This document shows positions 37,958 to 47,662 of a stretch of DNA of 64,000 nt, one piece after another (position 1 is the stretch's first letter; each line of letters starts with the position of its first letter). The position numbers and the translations under genes are program-made. Under the pieces are notes generated by a model. That model saw only the letters and a program-made list of their open reading frames with translations. It made no database searches and was not told the origin of the DNA. The stretch is taken from assembly GCA_965223265.1 (NCBI GenBank), contig OZ244999.1, positions 4,032,001 to 4,096,000 of the forward strand. The letters run 5' to 3'. The stretch is from Planctomycetota bacterium. Its GTDB lineage: Bacteria; Planctomycetota; UBA8108; SXIK01.

Positions 37958-38806
37958 TCAGGCGCGATCTTGGACCGCGCCATCCCGATAGCTTGGTGCT
38001 TGAGACCAAGGTTGATGGGTTGTGGGTTCAGTGAGGGAAACTGGCTCCCTCGGTCCATGTCCAGCCTCGAGAAGGTCCGGCGCTCCCGCCTCGTGAGCGA
38101 GGGTGCGGTAAGCGTCGGATAACCGTGCGAGGAAAGACGCCGAAGATTCTGTCTTGTCTAACATGATCGGATGTCCCACGTAAACTCGAATAGCCCCAAA
38201 ACGTGGGAATCGTTGCTGTCGTGGCCAAGCCTCAAACGCCCCGACGATTAAGACCGGGACGACAGGATGACCGGACCGTTTGGCGAGAAAATGCACGCCC
38301 TTCTCGAGCGGGCGGATCTTGCCGTCCTCCGTCCGCGTACCTTCCGGAAAAAACACTAGAAGACGGTCGTGCTTGACGACGCTCACCCCTTTGCGCAGTG
38401 CCGTTCGTGCTGCTGCCCCGCCGCGCCCCACTGGTATGACGCTCAGTCGAGGTAACAGCGACGAGAGGGGCCACGAGGCGAAAAGGCTCTCGCGTGCGAA
38501 AAAACAGAGGGGGCGACGGGTCACCGTCCCGAGCAGCAGCGGGTCGATAAAACTCTGATGGTTGGCCGCCAAGACCGCGCCGCTGCGCCGCGGTAGCCGG
38601 TCATGATGGTAGATTTTCGGACGAAACCAAAACCGGTTCAGCGCGCCGCTCACGATTTTGACGATTCCGTAGACGCTCCACCACGTGATGTGAGCTTCCG
38701 GCGTCGGCGCCCAGCCGTCGGTGTTGGCACCCCTCTTGTCCGTCTGATTCGAATGCATGGCTGACGGCGCAGCGAACCTCCGTCGAGCCGCTCGACGCGG
38801 CGACAC
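37958..38806 (-). CDS. plsC: 1-acyl-sn-glycerol-3-phosphate acyltransferase
   Basis: NHQSFID (HX4D), FPEGTR; conserved cmk-plsC-rpsA order; start uncertain. Confidence 0.88.
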   Translation of the reverse strand: MSPRRAARRRFAAPSAMHSNQTDKRGANTDGWAPTPEAHITWWSVYGIVKIVSGALNRFWFRPKIYHHDRLPRRSGAVLAANHQSFIDPLLLGTVTRRPLCFFARESLFASWPLSSLLPRLSVIPVGRGGAAARTALRKGVSVVKHDRLLVFFPEGTRTEDGKIRPLEKGVHFLAKRSGHPVVPVLIVGAFEAWPRQQRFPRFGAIRVYVGHPIMLDKTESSASFLARLSDAYRTLAHEAGAPDLLEAGHGPREPVSLTEPTTHQPWSQAPSYRDGAVQDRA

Positions 38807-38818
38807 AATGCTCGCTTG

Positions 38819-39490
38819 TTATCCCTCCTCAACAAGTTCGCCGCTGACGTGGCGGCGCAGCAAGTCGACGACGGCGTCGATTTCGAGACCGTCAGTGACA
38901 ACACGAATGCCCCCTGCCGGCGTGCACAAAGGTGCGTGCTCACGATTGCGATCATGTGCGTCGCGCACTTGCAGCTCCTCGAGCACGGTTTCGTAGCTCT
39001 CCGTGTGGCCAGCGCTTTGCAAATCTGCGTACGTTCGACGTGCGCGCTCGTCCGCAGAGGCGTCGAGATAGAATTTCACATCGGCGTCAGGAAAAATCAC
39101 GGTCCCCATGTCTCTTCCTTCGGCAACGACACCAGGCGCCGAAGCGAATCGCCGCTGCTGGTCGACCAAAAGCGCGCGATACTCGCCATCATTGGCTATC
39201 CGATACACCTCCGGTGTGACGTCCGGCGCCTTGAGGCGAGCGGTCACGTCTCGGGAATCGATCCAAACGCGGGTGCCTGCCGCCGTCTCTTCGAAACGCA
39301 CGCTGAGGTTGCGAATGATCTCAGAGACCAAAGTTCGGTCGTCGAACTTGCCGCCGGCCTCCAACACCAGTAGCGTCACGGCGCGGTAAAGGAATCCGGA
39401 ATTGAGATAACGAAGCCCCAGCTCCCGCGCCAGGCGCCGTGCAACAGTGCTCTTGCCGGCGCCCCCAGGGCCGTCAATCGTGATAATCAT
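38819..39490 (-). CDS. cmk: cytidylate kinase
   Basis: IDGPGGAGKST, SG.LYR, EGRDMGTVIFPDA, RD..D..R. Confidence 0.96.
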   Translation of the reverse strand: MIITIDGPGGAGKSTVARRLARELGLRYLNSGFLYRAVTLLVLEAGGKFDDRTLVSEIIRNLSVRFEETAAGTRVWIDSRDVTARLKAPDVTPEVYRIANDGEYRALLVDQQRRFASAPGVVAEGRDMGTVIFPDADVKFYLDASADERARRTYADLQSAGHTESYETVLEELQVRDAHDRNREHAPLCTPAGGIRVVTDGLEIDAVVDLLRRHVSGELVEEG

Positions 39491-39685
39491 ACTCGCTCGA
39501 AGTCGGATGGCCTGCGTGCCCCGGCGGCCGTCCTGCAGACGGTTCGGCCGTCACAGTGCGGAACGCGATGGAGAAAACCACGAAGTGTACCTTTGTCAGA
39601 AAGCCGCGCTCAAGAAAAAACCAAACACTTCCCTTGCTTCGCAAGCCACGTCGCCGCGGCGCTCTGCGAGCAGATAGCGCGGAAA

Positions 39686-39817
39686 CGCCTCGAGCGAGAA
39701 CCGGTCGCGTCGCGTCCAGATCCGCCCCGGACGAGGTCTCCTGGGGTCTCCTGGGGTCTCCGTGCCTTCGCGGCAAGTCCCTTCCACACGCCGGCGGAAA
39801 AACGGCCAAGCTCGGGG
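39686..39817 (-). repeat. mosaic repeat: family-2-like end joined to a family-1-like arm
   Basis: Minus strand TTAG-CCCCGAGCTTGGCCGTTT (family-2 end), GGAGACCCCA tandem, then GATCTGGACGCGACGCGACCGGTTCTCGCTCGAGGC (family-1 arm). Confidence 0.55.
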
Positions 39818-39826
39818 CTAACCTAA

Positions 39827-40004
39827 CAGCCCGTTGAAAAAGTGCTTCGAGCTGAAAACTGGCCGCTTCGCGTCCAGATCGGCCGCGGCGAACGCAGGTA
39901 ATCTCCGAGCCCTCTTCTATAAGATATACACGGCGAGGCTCGCCGCGGCTGATCTGGGCGTGAAGAGGCCGGTTTCTCAGCCGAATGACTTTTTCAACGG
40001 GCTG
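39827..40004 (-). mobile_element. family-1 MITE (complete, 178 bp)
   Basis: TIRs CAGCCCGTTGAAAAAGT / ACTTTTTCAACGGGCTG; CTAA on both flanks; right flank contains the larE stop codon. Confidence 0.92.
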
Positions 40005-41024
40005 CTAACGCCGCAGCCGCGCCTCGTCGTCGCTGTCGCTCGTGAGCCGCCCGACGCTCTCAAGGGGCACCCACCGCGCCTCTGCGGCGGCACCCGCCCC
40101 CTCCGCTACATCCAACGATCGGTTCAAGCTACCGGAGCGAAAGCCTTCAAGGTCGAGAGCGACGAAATCAAATCCAATCGAGCGCAGGACGGCCACCACC
40201 TCCTGACGCTGGGAAAGGAGACGCTCAAGCTCTGATAGGGGGACCTCGATGCGCGCCACCTCGCCGTGGTGCCGCAGGCGAACGACGCGGAATCCCAATC
40301 GGCGCAGCTCGGCCTCGCCGGATTCGACCTGGCGCAGCTTCGTCGCCGTCACCTCGTTGCCGTACGGAATGCGGGAGGAGAGGCACGGGGCCGCCGGTTT
40401 ATCCCACGTCGGTAGGTCGAGGAGACGAGAGTAGTGGCGTACGGCGTCCTTCCCGAGTCCGGCCTCGATCAACGGGCTGAGGACACGGTGCATGTCACGG
40501 GCCCGCATCCCCGGTCGGTAGTCGCCCTGATCGTCAGCGTTCGAGCCGTCGAGCACGTGCTCAATTGCGTGCGTGGCAGCGAAACGACGGGCGCGCTGAA
40601 AGAGCTCGTCTTTACAGTGAAAACAGCGATTCTCGTCATTGCGGCGGTAAGCTTCACTTTCGTACTCATGCGTCTCGATGCGATGGAGACGCACACCGAG
40701 GCGTTCGGCGACTTTCTGGGCCGACTCGAATTCGTTGCGGTCGAGGCTCTCGGAAACCCCGATCACTCCCATGCAGCCTGCCCCCAAAAGGTCGGACGCC
40801 ACCTTGAGGAGAAATGTGCTGTCGACACCGCCAGAATAGGCGACCACGACACGCCGAAGCTCAAGCAAGCGCGCCACCAAGCGTCGGAAGGTGTGGCCGC
40901 GAAAAGCCTCGTCCTGGTAGCCCGCAGACGCTAGCGCCCGGTCGACCGCCGGCGAGTCAGGTTTGATCGCAGCCCCAGTGTTGCGCGAGCTCCGGTTTTC
41001 CGTCAACGAGTGAGTCCTCGTCAT
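40005..41024 (-). CDS. larE: LarE-family ATP-dependent sulfur transferase (PP-loop)
   Basis: AYSGGVDS, RCFHCK, DGSNADD..DYRPG, SPL, PCLSSR, RLRHHG; start uncertain. Confidence 0.9.
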   Translation of the reverse strand: MTRTHSLTENRSSRNTGAAIKPDSPAVDRALASAGYQDEAFRGHTFRRLVARLLELRRVVVAYSGGVDSTFLLKVASDLLGAGCMGVIGVSESLDRNEFESAQKVAERLGVRLHRIETHEYESEAYRRNDENRCFHCKDELFQRARRFAATHAIEHVLDGSNADDQGDYRPGMRARDMHRVLSPLIEAGLGKDAVRHYSRLLDLPTWDKPAAPCLSSRIPYGNEVTATKLRQVESGEAELRRLGFRVVRLRHHGEVARIEVPLSELERLLSQRQEVVAVLRSIGFDFVALDLEGFRSGSLNRSLDVAEGAGAAAEARWVPLESVGRLTSDSDDEARLRR

Positions 41025-41226
41025 GCCATCGATCACGGCGCGTAGATCGGACGACCCGGCCGCAACGCACGGATCGACCCTCGACCACACCACCGCGGCG
41101 CTACAAGCCTCTCCAACACGGCCGCCTTGGTGTTCAACCAACAACTTATCACAACCAGTGCGAGGATCACAGCGCGGAACGCCGCCGCAAAGGTTTGTGA
41201 GGCAGAGGGAGCGGGTGAACAATCAC

Positions 41227-41258
41227 AAAAAAACCGGCAGGCGGGGCTGCCTGCCGGT
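41227..41258 (-). terminator. intrinsic terminator of glnA
   Basis: Perfect 10-bp stem ACCGGCAGGC/GCCTGCCGGT, 6-nt loop, T-tract on the minus strand. Confidence 0.85.
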
Positions 41259-41318
41259 CGTGGGTTATCCGTCCTGCCCACAGCCCCGCCCAACGGCGAA
41301 GCCGGCAGAAGCAACCGT

Positions 41319-42737
41319 TTAAATATCGTAGTAGAGCAAGAACTCGTGAGGATGTGGACGCAGGCGCACCTGATCAACTTCCTCCCGACGCTTGTAGTTG
41401 ATCCACCCAGCGATGACGTCTTCGGTGAATACGTCCCCCTTGAGCAAGAACTCATGATCCTGCTCCAGAGCGTTGAGCGCCTCCTCAAGCGATCCAGGTG
41501 TCGAGGGGACTTTGCGGTCCTCTTCCGGCGACAGGTCGTAGATGTCTTTGTCGAGAGGATCGCCGGGAAGCACCTTGTTTTGGATACCGTCGATCCCAGC
41601 CATCAGCAGGGCGGAGAAAGCCAGGTATGGATTACAGCTCGGGTCTGGGCAACGAAATTCGATCCGCTTCGCCTTCGGGCTGTCCGAGTACATCGGAATC
41701 CGCAGCGCGGCGCTTCGGTTGCGGCTCGAGTACGCCAGGCGGTTCGGAGCTTCGAAGCCGGGCACGAGTCGTCGATAGGAATTCGTGGTCGGATTCGTGA
41801 GCGCCACAAGCGCGCGCGCATGCTGGAGAATACCGCCAATGGCATAGAGCGCCGTGTCGCTCAGACCGGCGTACTTATCACCGGCGAAGAGAGGCTGCCC
41901 GCCCTTCCAAAGTGAGAAGTGCGTGTGCATGCCACTACCGTTGTCGGAGTACAGCGGCTTCGGCATGAAGCAAGCCGAGCGGCCGTGCTGCGAAGCAACA
42001 TTCTTCACGATGTACTTGTAGAGCACAAGGTGATCGGCCATGGTGACGATCGGCTGAAAACGCATGTCGATCTCACATTGCCCGCCCGTCGCCACTTCGT
42101 GGTGATGACACTCGACCGCGATGCCGCAGTCGAGCATCTTGAGCACCATCTCGTTGCGTAGGTCGCTCAAAGAATCGTTCGGGGGACAAGGAAAGTAGCC
42201 GCCCTTGTAACGCAGCTTATGAGCTAGATTGGGCTCCTCGAAGCTGCCGGTATTCCACTGTCCTTCGACCGAATCGAGATGGTAGTAGCCTTCATGGACG
42301 CTCGTGTCATAACGGACGTCGTCGAAGACGAAAAACTCCGCCTCGGGTCCAAAGAAAGCTGTGTCTGCAATGCCGGTCGACTTGACATAGGTTTCCGCCT
42401 TGCGCGCCACGTTGCGTGGATCGCGCGTGTAGTCAGCCTTGGTGATCGGGTCGCGGATATTACAGGAAAGGACCAGTGTCGGCTCCTTGATGAACGGATC
42501 AATGAACGCAGTCGACGCGTCAGGGACGATGAGCATGTCGCTTTCATTGATCCCTTGCCAGCCGCGAATACTTGAGCCGTCAAAGCCCATGCCGCTCTCG
42601 AAGACGTCGGCGTCGAGCTCGCTGATCGGATACGACGTGTGCTGCCACATGCCAGGGAAATCGATGAAGCGTAAATCGACGAACTTGACGCCTTTTTCCT
42701 TCACCATGCGTAGGACATCGTCAACGGACTTCGCCAT
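41319..42737 (-). CDS. glnA: glutamine synthetase type I
   Basis: FDGSSI, GPEAEFF, HHHEVA, FMPKP...[23 protein letters not shown], adenylylation region DIYDL. Confidence 0.99.
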   Translation of the reverse strand: MAKSVDDVLRMVKEKGVKFVDLRFIDFPGMWQHTSYPISELDADVFESGMGFDGSSIRGWQGINESDMLIVPDASTAFIDPFIKEPTLVLSCNIRDPITKADYTRDPRNVARKAETYVKSTGIADTAFFGPEAEFFVFDDVRYDTSVHEGYYHLDSVEGQWNTGSFEEPNLAHKLRYKGGYFPCPPNDSLSDLRNEMVLKMLDCGIAVECHHHEVATGGQCEIDMRFQPIVTMADHLVLYKYIVKNVASQHGRSACFMPKPLYSDNGSGMHTHFSLWKGGQPLFAGDKYAGLSDTALYAIGGILQHARALVALTNPTTNSYRRLVPGFEAPNRLAYSSRNRSAALRIPMYSDSPKAKRIEFRCPDPSCNPYLAFSALLMAGIDGIQNKVLPGDPLDKDIYDLSPEEDRKVPSTPGSLEEALNALEQDHEFLLKGDVFTEDVIAGWINYKRREEVDQVRLRPHPHEFLLYYDI

Positions 42738-42851
42738 GAGAACTCCCGTCTCCTGTCTCTAAATGAGGTTTCCAGTCCGCACGCGCCGCGGCGGACCGTT
42801 GCCGCAAAAAAACCCCGGAATCGAACTCCGACGCTGCGACATCGAACTTGA

Positions 42852-43027
42852 CAGCCTGTTGAAAAGTGCTTCGAGCCGAAAACTGGTCTCTTCGCGTCCA
42901 GATCGGCTGCGGCAAACGCAGGTAATCTCCGAGCCCTCTTCTGTAAGGTATTACGGCGAGTATTGACGCGGTCGAGCTGGGCGTGAAGAGGCCAATTTCT
43001 CGGCCGAATGACTTTTTCAACGGGCTG
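42852..43027 (-). mobile_element. family-1 MITE (complete)
   Basis: Reverse complement of the 44750 copy with 3 substitutions and 1 indel; flanks TTGA/TTCA. Confidence 0.92.
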
Positions 43028-43251
43028 TTCAGTGGGAAGAAGACCACCCAATCGAGTGGTCGAAACGACGCGTCTTCGTGCGAGGAATGCACCTTCGGAT
43101 CAGAAAAACGTGTTGAACCGGACAGCCCAACGCGTCGAACCACGGGGACCCCAATCGTGGCTCAATCCATCAACGCTCGCGTCGTACACTTCATGAACCC
43201 GCGCCGGCTCCAGCCGTTACGTGGAAAAGTAAAGCGTGCTAACAACGTGCG

Positions 43252-43284
43252 TTGCGTCGTGGTCGCGGAGGCCTATAATTAGGC
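43252..43284 (+). promoter_or_regulatory. sigma70 promoter of plsY with a palindrome over the -10
   Basis: TTGCGT-N16-TATAAT; GCCTA-TAAT-TAGGC inverted repeat. Confidence 0.6.
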
Positions 43285-43333
43285 GACTTTATAGCAGTTT
43301 TCGCCTCCGCCGTAAAAGCTTTTTTCGCCGAAC

Positions 43334-43990
43334 ATGGACCCGTCCGCCGCGACCGCAATCGCCTGCCTGACGTCGTACCTGGCTGGTAGCGTACCATTCG
43401 GCCTAGTGCTCGGTCGTCTGCGTGGCGTTGACGTGAGGAGCGTCGGCAGCGGCAACATCGGCGCCACAAACGTGACGCGCGCCTTGGGCCGCCCGTGGGG
43501 TGTGGCGGTGTTCGTACTCGACTTCGCCAAGGGCGGGCTGCCAGTCCTTGCGGTGAACCTGCTCGAGGCGAGCGGACGTGTACGCTTTGCCCTGGCGGAA
43601 GGCGGCTGGCACTTGGCGATGGTCAGTTGCGCGGCGATCCTCGGGCACTGCGCCTCCGCCTTTCTGCGCCTGCGGGGCGGTAAAGGCGTGGCGACAGCCT
43701 TCGGCGCTGCCGCGGCGCTGTGGGTTTGGTCGTTCGCCGCGGCCGCCGCCACATGGCTGGTTACGTACAAGCTCACGCGAGTTTCCTCTGTCGCCTCGCT
43801 ACTCGCCGTCGCGGCGATCGCAGTCGCCTTCGGCGCGCGCTACGTCAGCGCTGATCAGCCGCCTAATCTAGCCAACCTTGTCTTCAGCTTGGCCGCAAAT
43901 GCTCTCGTTGTCATCCGACACCGCAGCAATCTCGCCCGTCTCTGGCGTGGCGAGGAGCTGACGTTCCGTAGGCGCTCGAGCTCGAGTTAG
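43334..43990 (+). CDS. plsY: glycerol-3-phosphate acyltransferase PlsY
   Basis: YLAGSVP, GSGNIGATN..R, DFAKG, GH, GGKGVAT, RHRSNLAR. Confidence 0.95.
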   Translation: MDPSAATAIACLTSYLAGSVPFGLVLGRLRGVDVRSVGSGNIGATNVTRALGRPWGVAVFVLDFAKGGLPVLAVNLLEASGRVRFALAEGGWHLAMVSCAAILGHCASAFLRLRGGKGVATAFGAAAALWVWSFAAAAATWLVTYKLTRVSSVASLLAVAAIAVAFGARYVSADQPPNLANLVFSLAANALVVIRHRSNLARLWRGEELTFRRRSSSS

Positions 43991-44150
43991 CAGCCTGTTG
44001 AACGGGTTGGCCGAGGGAACCGGCCCCACGCCTAGCTCGGTGGCGGGGAGCCTCGATGCATCTCGGAGGTTGCCGACGTTCGCCGCGGCCGAGCTAGCGC
44101 TGGGGGCGAGCGACCAGTTTTCAACTCGCAGCACTTTCTCAGGCAGGCTA
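43991..44150 (+). mobile_element. family-1 MITE (diverged)
   Basis: TTAG-CAGCCTGTTGAAC...GACCAGTTTTCAACTCGCAGCACTTTCTCAGGCAGGCTA-TTAG; left TTAG contains the plsY stop. Confidence 0.75.
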
Positions 44151-44251
44151 TTAGCGGAACACATTCAGATTGATAGTGAACGCTTCGGTGCCGCGCCCCC
44201 GATACATGCATCGACTTGGTTCGGATCGAACCACAGAGATCGGGAACACGA

Positions 44252-44683
44252 ATGGCAGCCAAGCGAAGCATTTTGATCGTCGACGACATTCCGCTCATGC
44301 GGACGATGCTGTCACGTTACATTCGCTCTCTGGGCCTGAGGTCGATGAAGGCGACTTTAGCGCCCGAGGATGTCGCCATCATCGAAGCCGCGAACGGCAA
44401 AGAGGCGCTCGACGTCGTCCGCACGCAGAGAGTGGATCTCATCTTCCTTGACCTGATGATGCCTGAGATGGACGGTCTGACCTTTCTCGAGATCCTCAGG
44501 AAGGAAGAAAAGGATCAAGCACCTCCTGTGATCATCTGCACCGCGCTGGGTGAGAAAGAGACGCTGGAGAAGGCGATGAGCCTCGGAGCCAGAAGCTATG
44601 TTGCGAAGCCGTTCACATTGACCGCGCTCGAGCACCAGATTCGCGAGGCGCTGAACTACCTGCAGGCCCAAGCGCAGACGTAA
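44252..44683 (+). CDS. single-domain CheY-like response regulator
   Basis: ILIVDD, EAANG, DLIFLDLMMPEMDG, CTA, KPF. Confidence 0.92.
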   Translation: MAAKRSILIVDDIPLMRTMLSRYIRSLGLRSMKATLAPEDVAIIEAANGKEALDVVRTQRVDLIFLDLMMPEMDGLTFLEILRKEEKDQAPPVIICTALGEKETLEKAMSLGARSYVAKPFTLTALEHQIREALNYLQAQAQT

Positions 44684-44749
44684 AGGAGGGCGGCCCCAAG
44701 CCCTCAACGACGCCCTCTCACCGTCGATCGATCGCCCGAGCCGGGCTAG

Positions 44750-44926
44750 CAGCCCGTTGAAAAAGTCATTCGGCCGAGAAACCGGCCTCTTCACGCCCAG
44801 CTCGACCGCGTCAATACTCGCCGTAATACCTTACAGAAGAGGGCTCGGAGATTACCTGCGTTTGCCGCGGCCGATCTGGACGCGAAGAGACCAGTTTTCG
44901 GCTCGAAGCACTTTTTCAACAGGCTG
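44750..44926 (+). mobile_element. family-1 MITE (complete, 177 bp; used as reference copy)
   Basis: About 65-bp imperfect inverted arms; flanks CTAG/CTCG. Confidence 0.92.
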
Positions 44927-44969
44927 CTCGCCGCTTCGGACAGCGCCTCTGAACGGGTATTCTTGCAGC

Positions 44970-45923
44970 ATGACCCGCCAGCAAACTCAGAGTGGCTTCG
45001 ACGTCCGCGACTGCACCAGGTCCAAGCGAAACGCGGTGCACGCGACGAAGCGTGACGCGCTCGTCGTCGAGGCACCTTTCGAAATGCGCCTCAACGGCGA
45101 CCCGTACGCGACGGTCATGCGAACACCGGGCGCCGATCGGGACTTGGTGCTCGGATTCTTCCTCGCCGAGGGAGTGATCTCGACGGCGAGCGACGTGTCC
45201 GGCGTGGTTCTTTGCGGTGCGGGGAACGGCGTCGAATCGACGCACGTGACGACGATATCCGGGCCAAACCGAGGCTGGATCGGCCCACAGGGGACCAACG
45301 ACCAGGAACAATACGCCGGCAACGTCGCGGACTTACGCACCACGCTCGGGCGTACGAAGAGACCGGCCTCCACCTCTCGCCTGCCAGTCACCTCAAGCTG
45401 CGGTGTCTGTGGGCACCAGACGATCACCGACGTTCTGTCTCTCCTTCCAGCCGCCCCGGAGAATGGCGCTGCAGAGTCGCGGTCGCAGTTCCGCGTACCG
45501 CCCTCCCTCGTCGCCACCTTGCCGGACCGATTGCAACGAGCACAGCCGCTCTTTCAACGGACGGGGGCGCTGCACGGCGCCGCACTCTTCGATGCAAAAG
45601 GCAACGCGGTCGTCGTGCGCGAAGACATCGGACGGCACAACGCGGTCGACAAAGTCATTGGACAAGCACTGTTGATCGACAAGCTTCCCGCCAGCCGACT
45701 AGTCCTCCAAGTCAGCGGCCGCGTCAGCTTCGAGATCATTCAGAAGGCTTACCGCGCCGGCATTCGCTGCGTCACGGCCGTCTCGGGAGTTTCCACACTC
45801 GCCGTCGACCTAGCCTCGCAAGCCGGCATCACGCTGGTCGGGTTCGTCCGCGGGGGCTCGTTCAACATTTACACCCACCCCGAGCGCATTCGCGACGCAG
45901 CTGACGCCACGGAAATTTTATAG
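44970..45923 (+). CDS. fdhD: formate dehydrogenase accessory sulfurtransferase
   Basis: [45 protein letters not shown]. Confidence 0.93.
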   Translation: MTRQQTQSGFDVRDCTRSKRNAVHATKRDALVVEAPFEMRLNGDPYATVMRTPGADRDLVLGFFLAEGVISTASDVSGVVLCGAGNGVESTHVTTISGPNRGWIGPQGTNDQEQYAGNVADLRTTLGRTKRPASTSRLPVTSSCGVCGHQTITDVLSLLPAAPENGAAESRSQFRVPPSLVATLPDRLQRAQPLFQRTGALHGAALFDAKGNAVVVREDIGRHNAVDKVIGQALLIDKLPASRLVLQVSGRVSFEIIQKAYRAGIRCVTAVSGVSTLAVDLASQAGITLVGFVRGGSFNIYTHPERIRDAADATEIL

Positions 45924-46054
45924 CAGACCCAGCGGTCGACAGCTATGCTGCCAAACGTTCCATTCTTGTCCTGGTAGTGTCGTCGACTTCTTTGCTTTGG
46001 CAACAGATTGCTTTGGCAGAGATCGGTAGGAGCGAGCAACTCTTCGGATCGCAA

Positions 46055-46936
46055 ATGAGCACTCAGCATTGGGAAGAGAAAGTCGGCCTGGCGCGTATGC
46101 TGACCGGCGGTGTCATCATGGACGTGACGACCGCCGAACAAGCACGGATCGCAGAAACCGCCGGCGCGGCTGCTGTCATGGCCCTCGAACGTGTACCGGC
46201 CGACATCCGCCGCGAAGGCGGCGTGGCGCGCATGGCGCCGCTGGGGAAGATCACCGAGATCAAGCAGGCTGTGACCATCCCGGTGATGGCAAAAGCACGC
46301 ATCGGTCACTTTATGGAGGCTCGTGTTCTCGAAGCCGAGGGCGTCGACTACATCGACGAGAGCGAGGTCCTGACGCCGGCGGATGAAGAATTCCACATCG
46401 ACAAACATGCGTTCAAGGTGCCTTGCGTCTGCGGCGCCCGAAATCTCGGTGAAGCCCTGCGGCGGATCGGCGAAGGCGCCGCGATGATCCGCACCAAAGG
46501 CGAAGCAGGCACTGGAAACGTCGTCGAAGCGGTTCGTCACCTCAGGCGGATTCACGGCGAAATGAGGCGCCTAGCGGGAGTCGGCAGCGAGGAACTTGTC
46601 GGCGCGGCCAAGGAATTGGGCGCGCCGCTTCAGCTCGTCCGCCACGTCGCAGAGCATGGACGGCTGCCGGTGCCAAATTTTGCCGCTGGAGGCGTCGCCA
46701 CTCCTGCTGATGCAGCACTGATGATGGCGCTCGGCGCCGAAGCAGTCTTCGTCGGCTCAGGCATCTTTAAGTCCGGCGATCCAGCCGCCACCGCGGAGAT
46801 GATCGTCAAAGCGGTCACTCACTGGGAAGACGCCGGCGAACTCGCGCGCATCATGGCGGAGTTCGGCAGTCCAATGCCAGGCATCGAGATGAGCGAAATC
46901 GCCGCTGGCGAACGCCTTCAAGAGCGCGGCTGGTAG
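46055..46936 (+). CDS. pdxS: PLP synthase lyase subunit
   Basis: [43 protein letters not shown]. Confidence 0.98.
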   Translation: MSTQHWEEKVGLARMLTGGVIMDVTTAEQARIAETAGAAAVMALERVPADIRREGGVARMAPLGKITEIKQAVTIPVMAKARIGHFMEARVLEAEGVDYIDESEVLTPADEEFHIDKHAFKVPCVCGARNLGEALRRIGEGAAMIRTKGEAGTGNVVEAVRHLRRIHGEMRRLAGVGSEELVGAAKELGAPLQLVRHVAEHGRLPVPNFAAGGVATPADAALMMALGAEAVFVGSGIFKSGDPAATAEMIVKAVTHWEDAGELARIMAEFGSPMPGIEMSEIAAGERLQERGW

Positions 46937-46997
46937 AGCGCTGCAGCGCTCTACGAACCGTCAATGGCCGACGCGTCGGGCTGACAAGGTCGATCGC

Positions 46998-47603
46998 ATG
47001 TCCCGTGACCCCCATTCGTTTCAGCTTCCCTTTGGCGTCTTGGCGCTGCAGGGATCCTTTCGGCTGCACCAGCAGGCACTGACGCGTCTCGGCATCGCGA
47101 CCCGTCGGGTCACCCGCGCAGAGCACTTGCAAGGCCTTGCCGCGCTGATCCTTCCCGGCGGCGAGAGCACCACGATGGCGCACCTGGCCCGAGAGTATCG
47201 TCTCTTCGACCCGCTCCGCGCTGCAGCCAAGGCGGGACTGCCGATGTTCGGGACCTGTGCCGGCGCGATTTTGCTCGGCCGCGGCGCCGGTTTTCCGCCG
47301 CAGTTGGAGGTCGCACCGGTGACCATCGAGCGCAACGCCTACGGCCGCCAGATCGACAGCTTCACGGCCGAACTCACCATCGACGATCTCGCGGAGACGT
47401 TTCATGGCGTGTTCATTCGCGCCCCGATCATGCAGCTGCCGCAGGACGATGCGACTCGAGCGCTGTGCTGGCATGACGGACACCCGGTGTTGGCGCGATA
47501 TCGGCACATGCTTCTGGCGACGTTTCACCCTGAGTTGACGGACGATCTTCGCATCCACCGCCTCTTTCTCGAGATCGCGAGCGAACCAGCCGAGAAAGAA
47601 TAA
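46998..47603 (+). CDS. pdxT: PLP synthase glutaminase subunit
   Basis: GVLALQG, PGGESTT, GTCAG, RNAYGRQ..SF, FIRAP, FHPE. Confidence 0.97.
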   Translation: MSRDPHSFQLPFGVLALQGSFRLHQQALTRLGIATRRVTRAEHLQGLAALILPGGESTTMAHLAREYRLFDPLRAAAKAGLPMFGTCAGAILLGRGAGFPPQLEVAPVTIERNAYGRQIDSFTAELTIDDLAETFHGVFIRAPIMQLPQDDATRALCWHDGHPVLARYRHMLLATFHPELTDDLRIHRLFLEIASEPAEKE

Positions 47604-47662
47604 CTGCGGGATGAGTCGACGCGAGCAAACCAGCCGACGGAGCCAGAGCGAGTAGCGAGTCA

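Noticed and set aside
39735-39761. GGTCTCCTGG 10-bp tandem repeat as a possible CRISPR or contingency locus
   Set aside because: Fewer than three units, no spacers, no cas genes; it lies inside the mosaic repeat
39834-40235. Recurring small 'proteins' such as KKCFE.KTGRFA or RPNDFFNGLL as a gene family or transposase
   Set aside because: They are translations of family-1 repeat arms; no DDE or HUH motifs
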